Of a stretch of DNA of 64,000 bases, positions 1 through 10,979 are shown in pieces. The stretch is from contig CP086569.2 in the NCBI GenBank assembly GCA_009914755.4, forward strand, positions 12,864,001 through 12,928,000. The letters run 5' to 3'. The stretch comes from the human T2T-CHM13v2.0 reference genome, Homo sapiens. The notes under the pieces were generated by a model that ran no database searches, had not been told where the DNA came from, and was given only the letters and a program-made list of their open reading frames with translations. The position numbers and the translations under genes were made by a program. The stretch's first letter is position 1; each line of letters begins with the position of its first letter.

Positions 1-103
1 TTCAAATTTAAAAATTGCCCACAGTTCGTCGGTGCTACCTGTGAATAAGCGCATCTCTTCGTTGTTCTACCTCAGGTATCCGAGAATCAGGCACCCCGAC
101 AAG

Positions 104-295
104 ATGCCCAAGCGCGCGCACTGGGGGGCCCTCTCTGTGGTGCTGATCCTGCTTTGGGGTCATCCGCGAGTGGCGCTGGCCTGCCCTCATCCTTGTGCCT
201 GCTACGTCCCCAGCGAGGTCCACTGCACGTTCCGATCCCTGGCTTCTGTGCCCGCTGGCATTGCTAAACATGTGGAAAGAATCAATTTGGGGTTT
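104..295 (+). pseudogene. MXRA5: Pseudogene exon 1 (coding part): start codon, signal peptide and LRR N-terminal Cys cap (MPKRAHWGALSVVLILLWGHPRVALACPHPCACYVPSEVHCTF...INLGF).
   Basis: ATG at 104-106 with A at -3. A hydrophobic h-region is followed by CPxPCxC...C. Candidate GT donors lie at 292/296. The upstream in-frame extension to 32 uses a GTG and is probably 5'UTR. Confidence 0.65.
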
Positions 296-1130
296 GTACC
301 ACCTTCTTCCCGAACCATCCCACTGTCAGTGCGTGCGTCTTGATCTGGTTTTGCAATGAGTGTATGTGCATTTACTTAACTTCATTTGTGCATTTCCTCT
401 GTGTAGCTCTGTCGACAATTATGGAGCTGCAGATGGGTAGAATAGAGAGGAAAAGTTTTAGTTATGCTAAATACAGCTTTTTTGATGATTATCTGACTAT
501 ATCCCTTAGCTGCCACTGCTGTAAGGTCTATTAACAAGCAGCATGAACAACTTTAGAGTCTGTTGATAAATTGCCTTGATAGCATTTCTTTAATATATTG
601 TAGAGGTGAATGCATGAGAAACACACTTAAACATACGAAGATGATTTAAATAGACTTCAGCAACGATTTAAGAATAATAAAAATAAGCAGAACATCTGTG
701 CCATTTTATAAGTCATGTAGATGATAGAATTGTGACTTTAAGGCAGGAAAAGAATTCCTGCAGATTTTGGCTATTAAAAATGTCAACATCTTTTTTAAAA
801 CATATTTCGATGTGGTGTGCCAGGTAGAATTTTAATATATTGGTGTCATTTTATACGCACGAAGGTTGTGTGGACCTAAGTGTTAGGTGCTATGAACTAC
901 AGGTGCTCAACTGCAATTTTAATAGTCAACAATCATTTAGAGTACTTCAACAAAATGTATTAGCTACTTTCTAGCATCTATCCCCAGAACAACTGATTAA
1001 ATTAGTGTCTGAGAAATATCCACCATGGAGATCTTTTAATAAAAATAAAATGTCCAGATTTGAGCAAATGCAAAATAACTGTAAATGTACCTGGACATCT
1101 TATAGAACAAAGTTAAAAAAAAACTTTCCT

Positions 1131-1305
1131 CTATTGACAGTGGTAGAAAAAGAGAATGAAACACTGAGATAATAAGATGGAAATTTCTCTATCGACAGTG
1201 GTAGAGTCAGAGAATGAAACGTTGAGGGAGTAAGGAGGAAACTTCCCTATTGACAGTGGTAGAATTAGACAATGAAACGTTGAGGGAATAAGATGATAAT
1301 TTCCC
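1131..1305. repeat. Tandem triplication of a ~58-60 bp unit (ctattgacagtggtaga...gaatgaaac[ag]ttgag...).
   Basis: Three head-to-tail copies at ~85-90% identity are visible by eye. Confidence 0.8.
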
Positions 1306-1544
1306 TAACCCATGGCAACAGACCATTAAATAGCTTTCTCAATGAAATGCTGTTAGAGTTTATGAGTTGACCACCTGAACATCCAACCACAACGATGATA
1401 GCTCATTGGGGAAAACAGCTTGGCATTGCCAGAGGAGGGAATAGTAACATGTAAGCCAGCTTCCCTTTTTACAGTCTTGTAATTTATCAGGACACATTTC
1501 TTGTATAATTAAGTAAGAAAAACGGAAGAGGTGCTAAAGCCCAT

Positions 1545-1990
1545 TTGTTTTATTTATTTATTTATTTAACTTTAAGTTCCACGATACATGTGCAGAGTGT
1601 ACAGGTTGTTACATAGGTATATGTGTGCCATGGTGGTTTTCTGCACCTATTGACCCAACCTCTAAGTTCCCTCCTCTCACCCCTCACCCGCCAGCAGGAC
1701 CTGGTGTATGTTGTTCCTCTCCCTGTGCTCCTGTGTTCTCAATGTTCAACTCCCACTTACGAGTGAGAACATGCCACATTTAGTTTTCTCTTCCCCTTGT
1801 TAATTCACTGAGGATGATGGCTTCCAGCTTCATCCAGGTCCCTGAAAATAACAAGATCTCATTCCTTTTTACAGCGCCATAGTATTCCATGGTTTATATG
1901 TACCACATTCTCTTTATCCAGTCTATCATTGGTGGATATTTGGGTTGGTTCCTTGACTGCTAAAGCTCATTTGAATCCTGAGAGATAGCA
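1545..1990 (-). mobile_element. L1 3'-end fragment (older L1 subfamily), antisense.
   Basis: Poly-T/TTTA tract followed by the reverse complement of the L1 3'UTR/ORF2 end (ctttaagttc...gtgcagagtgtacaggttgttacataggtatat...ccacttacgagtgagaacatg...ccattggtggatatttgggttgg). Confidence 0.65.
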
Positions 1991-2223
1991 CATGTGATAT
2001 TTGAAAGTGAAGCTTTAACTGTAACTTCTTTTTCTTCCACCCTTGGTGTGCAAAATGGCTCTGTCTAGGAATTGTTTTTTATACATGAACCATTTTAACA
2101 CATGGTCCCACTTGCTGGGATTAACCACCTCATCTCTCAAACCTAGCACCTTGGCAGGTCCCATGCTGGGGGTACCATCAGCCAGTCCTTGGTGGAGCCT
2201 TCTAAAAAGTGTGGGGCTGATGC

Positions 2224-2285
<62 letters not shown>
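2224..2285. repeat. (TA)n dinucleotide microsatellite, ~30 repeats.
   Basis: Perfect atatat run. Confidence 0.95.
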
Positions 2286-2288
<3 letters not shown>

Positions 2289-3869
2289 GGTGCTTCCTGC
2301 ACAGCAGGTTTGGGTGTTTGTGTTGTGTGTTGGGAAGGGGGATACCAGGCTGGAAATGAGGGTGGGGACAGTCCCTGCATACAACCTCCCCAAAGAGGTG
2401 ATTTGTTTAATGGCCGGAGACTTACAGCACCAATAAGACTATTACTTCTGAAGTTGTTTGCATCTCATTTACAGTTTCTGGGATGCTTTTCTTCCTGTTC
2501 ATTTTTAAACTGAAGTACTTTGTAAGTGCAAAACATAACTAACCTCTAAATTACAACACCATTTCTGATGGTTTCATTTTAAACAACTCACAATAAAGAT
2601 TGACTTTAATGGGGGAATAAAACAGACATACCAACATGTTAATGTTTCTTTTTCCTATTGATACCAGTAATATCTAGAGATAGTTTTCTGTAATATTAAA
2701 AAGAAAAGAAAAATTTTAAGACCCTAGAGAATTACTTCACTGCATCAACATCTATGCCTTCCATCTGGTTTAATCTGTAATAGGAACTAATATACTATTG
2801 GAAAAACATCACTAATAATATTATAATAGCATTGTTTCAGAAAAATCAATCTCAAATTAGGTAATGAGTCCAGCATCTTGGACTTTGTTGGGGAAAAAAC
2901 CTGAAGCAAGACCAATGTCTAACTGATAACACTCAGAGATTGATTTGTGTTTTAGCAGTCTGGAGAAAATATAAGACTCTCAAGGAATGAGGAATTGTTG
3001 GCCAAGTGCTAATGAAACCTATTCCCACACAGCTGTTTTTAGGATTCTTTGTCAGCATTGGTCTTTCCTGCTTGGACAGACTAAAAGCATTTCTGAAAAT
3101 TGCTTTCCAAATATTTTTTTTCAGGAACCAACAATGTAGCATCCACCTAGAGATGGATTTACAGACTCTTAAATATTTTTCCCTCGATTAAAAGACTGGT
3201 TTTGATTATGACTTTCTGCAACTTTGACAATGCCCATACTCATCCGTTTTATTTTAAGTTCTGCCTTGTGATATTAACCAGAACCTATGACATAATTTTG
3301 CAAATATTGTCTGCCATAAACATTTCACAGAGTCAGTTATATATTCAGTGATTGTCAATCAATAGGTGATGAAGATAGTCTGGAATGTAAGCCAAGGGGC
3401 TAATAAGCCACAGAACTGCACTTTGTACAGGGTCATCCCAGTCTCCAGTTTCCCAGACTGTCTACTGATTTTTAGAAGGATGCAAAAAGGGGACATGTAT
3501 ACCCTCGGTTTCTGAAAGGGGGTACTCAAGTGATTCCCCAGGCTTTTGTCTGTTCCAGAATAACCGCCCCTCTCCCCCATTCTCACATCTGGCACCCTTG
3601 GAATCTGCATCTGCAAGCTCTCTAATGCCCATTAAAAACAATCGGGGGAAGATGACAGTCAGGCACCTTTCTGAGCTGATGTGGAGCCTGTCCCAGACTT
3701 TGTGTGCCCTCCCAAATAGGGGGAATTATTCAGATGTGAAGGGAAATCAACCAGTATTGATCCTTTGTTCCTATTTTCCCTTTTTCTCCACCTTAATAGT
3801 TGTCACCAAAATTCTTAGGTTACTTTTGACATTCAGCTATCCATGGCTTTAATATGAGTCATTCTGTCT

Positions 3870-4239
3870 GTTTTTCTCAATATCTGTCTATCTATCTATC
3901 TATCTACCTACCTATCTATCTGCTTGTCACCTATCTACCTACCTAACCTCTATCTCTATCATCAATCAGCCAATCTATCTCTCTACCTACACATCATCTA
4001 TCAGTCAATCTTTGTTTCATCTGTCTGCCTATCACCTACCTATCACCTATCTCTAGGGGTTTGGCCCACCAAAGCCCTCTACTCTCCTTCCTGTCCTTTA
4101 ATTATTTCCTTCATCTATCTATTGATCTCTCTATCCTATCTATCATCTCTATTAATCAAGCTACGTATTCTCCATCATCTATTTATCAATAATCTACCTA
4201 CCTATCATCTCTATCAATCAATCAATATCATCTATCCAT

Positions 4240-4284
<45 letters not shown>

Positions 4285-4320
4285 TATTTGTCTGCCTATG
4301 TATGTATGTATTATCTATCT
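3870..4320. repeat. Degenerate (TATC)n/(TCTA)n tetranucleotide array with interruptions (including a pure (TCTA)12 run at ~4245-4292).
   Basis: tctatctatctatc... read on the + strand. Confidence 0.9.
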
Positions 4321-5193
4321 ATGATACTAGTTATCAACAATGGATGAGTTTGCCCCTGGAGAACATTTGGCAACATCTGGAGACCTTTTTGGTGACCACA
4401 ACTACGGAATGAGAACATAGCACACTCTTGAAGTAAAATGTGCTGAGGAACATCCAGCTGTTTCTGACCCATTTCAGAGACTGAGCCTCAGAACCCTATC
4501 TTCTCTGTCTGAATATCTGCCTCCCGTGGGCTCTGTTCAGATTATTTACTCCCAGGGCTCTGTTCCATTGGTTGGTTGGCTAGTCTCCTCTGAATGTGCA
4601 TCGTGGATCTCCATCGTAGTCTTGATCCCTATTCGCCCCTTAGATGCTTACAAAATTCTCAACCATCACATGGTAAATACAGCTTTGAATTGTTTCCCCA
4701 ACACCGTCTCTCTCAGCCTTTGCCATCCAGCAAATGATAGCATCCCCCCACATGGAGAATCCTCCCCTCCAAGATTGTCCTCATTCTCACTCCCACCACT
4801 CAGCAATTTCTGCTGGCTCTTCCTCTAAGTACATTTGGAAATGTTCTGTATGCTTTCATATTTACTGCCTGGTTGTGAATCCAGCATCCCTCAATTTCTC
4901 TGCAGGATTCACCTCATTTCTGCCTCCCTCTCTTGCCCAGCTCTGACAAGTTCTCCAGGTAGTGGCCAACATTGCTGTTTTAACACATACTTCAATTCAT
5001 GTCACTCCCTTCCTTAAACCCTCCAATCACTCCCTTTTGCACTTGGTGTAAATAAAACATAGTCCTTCCCATGTCTTCTCAGCTCTTAGGTAACCTGGTC
5101 ACAGACAATCTCACCTACTCACCTGATACCATTATTTCCCCTGCTTGCTGTATCTAGAGAAATCCCAGCATCCAAGAAATGGAAAAGGATTTT

Positions 5194-5390
5194 TTTTTAA
5201 GATGCAGTCTCACTTTGTTGCCAGGCTGGAGTGCAGTGCTGCTATCTTGGCTCACTGCAACCTCCACTTCCTGGTTTCAAGCAATTCTTCTGCCTTGGCC
5301 TCCCAAGGTAACTCCTTACCTCAAGTGATCCACCCACCTTGGCCTCGCAAAGTGCTGAGATTACAGGCATGAGCCACCCACACGCAACCT
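5194..5390 (-). mobile_element. Internally deleted Alu (antisense), flanked by a 13-bp TSD GGAAAAGGATTTT (5181-5193 and 5391-5403).
   Basis: Poly-T start and Alu right-arm reverse complement ending ...ggcatgagccacc. Perfect direct repeats flank it. Confidence 0.8.
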
Positions 5391-5749
5391 GGAAAAGGAT
5401 TTTGGCGCTGACATCAATTCCCTTTTGTGTGTTCACCATTCCAGACAGATTTGTTCTAAAATCCTAAATAATAATAAACACAACACATCTGCCCAAAGAT
5501 TACCTAGGATTAGAGCAGGATTTCCTCACCTCAGCATAACTGACATTGGGACACTATTATCATTTTGGATAGGATCATTCTTTGTTTTATGTTGCTGTCA
5601 TGTGCATTGTAAAATGTTGAGCAACTTCCCTGACCTTCACCCATTAGATGCCAGTAGCACCTGCTTCCATATTTGTGATCACCAAAAATCTCTACACATG
5701 ATGACAAATGTTCCCTAGAAACAAACTTTTCCCTGGTTGAGAACTACTG

Positions 5750-6141
5750 CCACAGATAGACAATAGACAGACAAACAGGGAGACAGAAAGACAGACAGAG
5801 AGGCAGACAGATGATACAATGATTGATAGATAGAATGATAAAGATAGATGATAGATAGGTTGATAGATAATAGGATATTAGATGATAGATAAGATAGATG
5901 ATAGACTGATACTGGATAGGATGATAGACTGATAGGTGATAGAGATAGATAAAAAGTAGGTATGTTGATAGGTAGGTGATTGGATGATAGATAGAATAGA
6001 TATACATATGTAGAAAGGTGATAGGTAGATGACAGATAGATGTGATGGATGGATAGATAATAGAAGATAGATAGATAGGATACATAGATATTAGATACAT
6101 AGATGCCATAGATATTAGATACATAGATGGATGGAAAAATA

Positions 6142-6191
<50 letters not shown>

Positions 6192-6700
6192 GTGGTGGAT
6201 GAATAGATACAAGATAGATAATGGAAACATGATAGGATAATAAGCAGATGATAAAATGATAGCTGATAGATGATAGAGATAGATGAAAGGTAGGTATATT
6301 GGTAGGTACATGATAGGATGATAGATAGATGAAATAGATATAGGTACATAGATAGATGATAGATAGATGGATAGATAGATACCCAGATACAGAGCTGGAT
6401 GCAATGGATAGATAGGTAATAGATGGTAGATAGATAGTAGATAGATAGATAGATAGATACAGGTGATGGATGATAGATATATGATAGATAGAAAGATGGA
6501 TGTGATGGATGGATAATAGATGATAGATAAATAGATGTAATGGATGAATAGATATATGATTGATATATAGATGATAGATAATAAATGCTTGACAGATGAT
6601 AGGATGATGAGAGATAGGATTATAGATAGATTGATAGATGATAGGTAGGTAGGTAGGTAGTTAGATAGATAGATACAGACAGAGAGACAGGTAGACAAAT
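5750..6700. repeat. Degenerate (GATA)n/(TAGA)n array of ~950 bp. Opposite orientation to the 3870-4320 block; includes a pure (GATA)16 stretch at ~6140-6200.
   Basis: gatagatagatag... read on the + strand. The long minus-strand ORF 5715..6737 is just its translation. Confidence 0.9.
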
Positions 6701-7964
6701 TTGTACATGCTAAGGTAAGGTTACCAAATTTCTGCAATCTTGATGTTTAGGACTGAATCAATCTGGGTTGTAGGGGCCATCGTGTGCATTACAGGATTTT
6801 GAGCATCATCTCTATAGAGAACAAATCAATGGCCATGCTATAAAGCAGGCAAGCTTGGTGAGTCTAAGGAATAGAAAGATGGCCAATAACTCTGAACTTT
6901 ATGGCAAACAGCAAAATACCAGAGAGGTAACTAATTGTCCACCATGGAATATTCTTCTAAAATGATGAGGCCATGCCCAAGTGGACCAATAATGAATCTC
7001 CAGAAATAAGATGAGGCATCTTGGAGCAGAGAGTTAAGAAACTGAATGAATAGTAAGTCAACCAATAATGGAGTGAAACACTGAAGCTGCACCCAAAACC
7101 AAGTTCCTAATCAGGATCAACAAACCAAACAGTGAGCTTTTGTATAAAGCAATGAAAATCTCTGGGTGTCTTCCTCCATTGGGAATGCCTTTCCCCAAGA
7201 GACCTGTACATGGTCACACCCCTTTGCTTCTGAAGCCCTGCTTCAAATCTCAGCTCCCCAGAGAGCTCTGCCACAGGCATTAACCCACCAAACCCCTCTA
7301 CTCTCCTTCCTGTCCTTTAATTATTTCCTTATGAAATTCACGATTACCTGAAATGATCTTTTTCATTATTTTTACCCTTCTAGTCAACCTTCTTGCTAAC
7401 AGAGCTGAGCCCTTGCCTATTTGGTTGACCCACCCAGAATAGTAACTTGCAGACCCACAAAGCTCAAATTATAGCTGTGACTGCATTGCAAGATGAATCC
7501 ATGCACATAGAATCTGTAGCAGACATCGTTTCATATTGAGGGCATTTCAAACAGCACCTCCCTTATTTTTCCTTTCATTTCTCCATCTCTAAAAGCATTA
7601 GAGCTTGTTTTCAGAGCCAGCTACATCCTGAAGGCACATATAAAGCTGACCTGTACAATGCTTTTGCAATTTTTTAAAGTAAAATTCAAATGGCATGGAA
7701 TTCACTATTGTAGACGCTACAATTCAGTGCCATTTAGTACATTCATACTATTGTGTATACATCATCTCTATCTTGTTCCAAACATTTTTAACACCCCAAA
7801 AGGAGATCTCATATCTGTTAAGCAGTCATGCTCTACTCCCTCTCCTCCTCCAGCCTTTGGGGACCACCACTTTCTTTCCTGTATCTATGAATTTGACTAT
7901 TGTGAACATTTCATATATATGGAATCATACAATATACATTTAATATACATGGAGTCATACAATA

Positions 7965-8360
7965 GATCAGCAGTCCCCAGCCTTTTTGGCACTGGGGACC
8001 AATTTCATGGAAGACAATTTTTCCACAGACAGGGTTGGGGAGGGGGTGGTTTTGGGATGACTCAAATGCATTACATTGTTGTGCACTTTATTTCTTTTAT
8101 CATTGCATTGTAATATATAATGAAATAAATCTACAACTCACCATAGTGTAGAATCAGTGGGACCCCTGAGTTTATTTTCCTTCAACTAGACAGTTCCATC
8201 TGAGGGTGACAGGAGACAGTGACAGATCATCAGGCATTAGATTCTCATAAGGAGTGCACAACCTAGATCCCTTGCGTACACAGTTCAGAATAGGGTTTGT
8301 GCTTCTGTGAGAATCTCATGCTGTCACTGATCTGACAGGAGGTGGAGCTCAGACAGTAAT
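7965..8360. repeat. Probable interspersed repeat copy, family not assigned.
   Basis: It resembles a common primate repeat consensus (cagtccccagcctttttggcac...gacaatttttccacagac...tcatcaggcattagattctcataaggag...gagctcag...gtaatgc) with internal inverted symmetry. Recognised from memory only. Confidence 0.3.
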
Positions 8361-8699
8361 GCCAGAAATGGGGAGTGGCCATAAATACAGATGGGGTATG
8401 GAACTCAGGGAATGTATTTGGACTAGAGAAGCACATATGGTAGTCATCACTGGCGGGTGGGTGGTAATTGGAACCACACATGTGGGAGAGGCCATTGACT
8501 CTGAAGCCAACCAGGAAGGAAAGGGGCTTAGGACCAAGTCAAGGAGGACCCAGTCAGCAAAGATTCAGGCAGAGGAGGAGGAGGAAGCAGTGACTGAGAC
8601 CAAGTTATGGCCGGAAAGGTGGAGAAAATTCCAGAGGATTTCATATCCAGGAGACCAAGAGGATAATGTGAGCTCAAAAGCAAACACTCTATGAAGTGT

Positions 8700-9545
8700 T
8701 TACTATAAATATAGAGAGAGTTATAAATATAGATATAGTTACCTAGATACATACATATTGATTATATATACATTGTATATTATAAATTTATAAATATAGA
8801 GTTATAAATATATAGTTACCTAGATATCTACACATTGATTATATATAAATTGTTATGAATTTATAGAGTTATAAATATATAGTTACCTAGATACATACAA
8901 ATTGATTATATATACATTATATATTAAAAATTTATACTTATAAATATATAGTTACCTAGATACATACATATTGATTATATATTTAAAAATTTATAAATAT
9001 ATTTATAAATATAGATATAGTTCCTAGATAGACACATATTGATTATATATAAATTACATATTATAAATTTATAAATATAGTTATAAATATAGATATAGTT
9101 ACCTAGATACATACATATTGATTATATACAAATCATATATTATGAATTTATATAGAGTTATATAGTTACCTAGATACATACATACTGATTATATATAAAT
9201 TATATATTATAAACTTATAAATATAGATATAGTTACCTAGATACATATATATTGACTATATATAAATTATATATTATAAATTTATAGAGTTATAGATATA
9301 GTTACCTAGATACATGCATATTGATTATATATAAATTATATATTATAACTTTATAGAGAGAGTTATAAATATAGATATATTTACCTAGAAATATACATAT
9401 TGGTTATATACAAATTAAATATTATAAATATAGTTATAAATATATAGTTCCTAGATAGATACATATTGATTATATATAAATTATATATTATAAATTTATA
9501 AATACATAGTTATAAATATAGTTACCTAGATACATACATATCAAT
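8700..9545. repeat. AT-rich tandem satellite, ~13 copies of a ~65-70 bp unit (agttacctagatacatacatattgattatatataaattatatattataaatttataaatatagatat).
   Basis: Regular recurrence of the ttacctagata[cg]atacatattgattatat motif. Confidence 0.85.
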
Positions 9546-9712
9546 TATATATTTATATATAAATATATGTTATATATTTATATATAAATATATGTTATAT
9601 ATTTATATATAAATATATGTTATATATTTATATATAAATATATGTTATATATTTATATATAAATATATGTTATATATTTATATATAAATATATGTTATAT
9701 ATTTTAAATTTA
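9545..9712. repeat. 25-bp tandem repeat, ~6.5 copies (atttatatataaatatatgttatat).
   Basis: Exact 25-nt periodicity visible. Confidence 0.9.
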
Positions 9713-9929
9713 GAATTTAAATTTATCATTTAAATTTATAAATGATTTATAATATAAATATATTGATTTATATATATTTATAATATAAAGATGTTGATTA
9801 TATATTACTTATAAATATATGTTTCTCTATAAATTTATATATTGTTATATCACAATTTTAAAAAGTAAATATGATGTGATACATGCCAGAGATTCTTCCT
9901 TTTACCTGAAAATGCTTTCACGGGTTTAT

Positions 9930-10545
9930 ATATTTATATCCATATATATTTATATATTATTTATATATATTTAGATATAAATATACATTGATTATATGTC
10001 TATATATCTACATATAATATATTTATTGATATATCAATATATGTTTATATATCATGATAGATATATATCTATATATTATATTATATATTATATATAAAAT
10101 ATAATATAAAATATAATATATATAATATAATATAAAATATAATATATAGATATATATCTATCATGATAAACATATATTGATATACCAATAGATATATATC
10201 TTATTTATTATATATTATACAGATATATATCATTATAATATATATTTAATCTATATATAGATATATAATATCTATATTTATATATTATATATAATATAGA
10301 TATATATTATATAATTATATATATTCTATATATTATATAGATATATAATAGATCTCTATATTATATCTATATAGTATATATAGATATATATAGATAGAGA
10401 GATCTATTATATATCTATATATTATATAGATATATATTATGTAAATATATATCTATTAAGATAGATACATATTTGTATATATTGAGATAGATATATATAT
10501 AAATATTTTTTATATATAGGTATATATATAAAGACAAAAAACAAC
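9930..10545. repeat. AT-rich (TATA/GATA-type) palindromic block containing a long inverted repeat centred at ~10110.
   Basis: Arms atcatgatagatatatatctatata (~10058-10083) and tatatagatatatatctatcatgat (~10144-10168), with mirrored tataatataaaatataatata motifs between them. The block is flanked by direct repeats at 9862-9925 and 10549-10612. Confidence 0.75.
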
Positions 10546-10979
10546 AAAAAATAGATATGATGTGATACATGCAAAGATTCATCCTTTTACCTAGAAATGT
10601 TTCCCCAGTTTGTAGTTATTTATACAGATTCTTCTAAACTTTCACAGAAGGTACATTGTATAATGTATATGAGTGAAGCTGTTTTCTTTAACTTAGAAAT
10701 GTTTTTTAAATACCTGTTAGTAAGTATTTTAAGATATTTTTAAGTAAAAATTATTATTAATGGTTAAGCAGTTATAAAGCATCCATTAGTTACCACACAG
10801 TGTACTAAAACTGTGGTTTAACATGCCTTAAAGGCAACTCATGTATAGGATTCCTTGTTTATGGGATTACAGCTGGGTGATAAAGACGCAAACATAGGTT
10901 TTATCCTCTGGCCATGTACAAGGCGTGCCATTCTTTGGCTCCTTACCCTATTGAGTGTCTATTTGCTTATTTGTTTTAG

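Noticed and set aside
32-103. In-frame N-terminal extension of the exon-1 ORF (MLPVNKRISSLFYLRYPRIRHPDK) starting at a GTG
   Set aside because: The ATG at 104 has good Kozak context and begins a textbook signal peptide. The upstream part has no ATG and is most likely 5'UTR.
5715-6737. Long minus-strand ORF (340 aa), with nested 201-aa ORF, rich in YLSI repeats
   Set aside because: It is a pure translation of the degenerate (GATA)n array; TATC repeats lack stop codons in some frames. There is no start context or domain. The same applies to ORFs 3924..4412, 24452..25533 and 38056..39006.
8700-9545. Regularly spaced ~67-bp repeats that superficially resemble a CRISPR-like or other regular array
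   Set aside because: This is a eukaryotic genome context. The units are AT-rich and contiguous, with no unique spacers between them. It is a tandem satellite.
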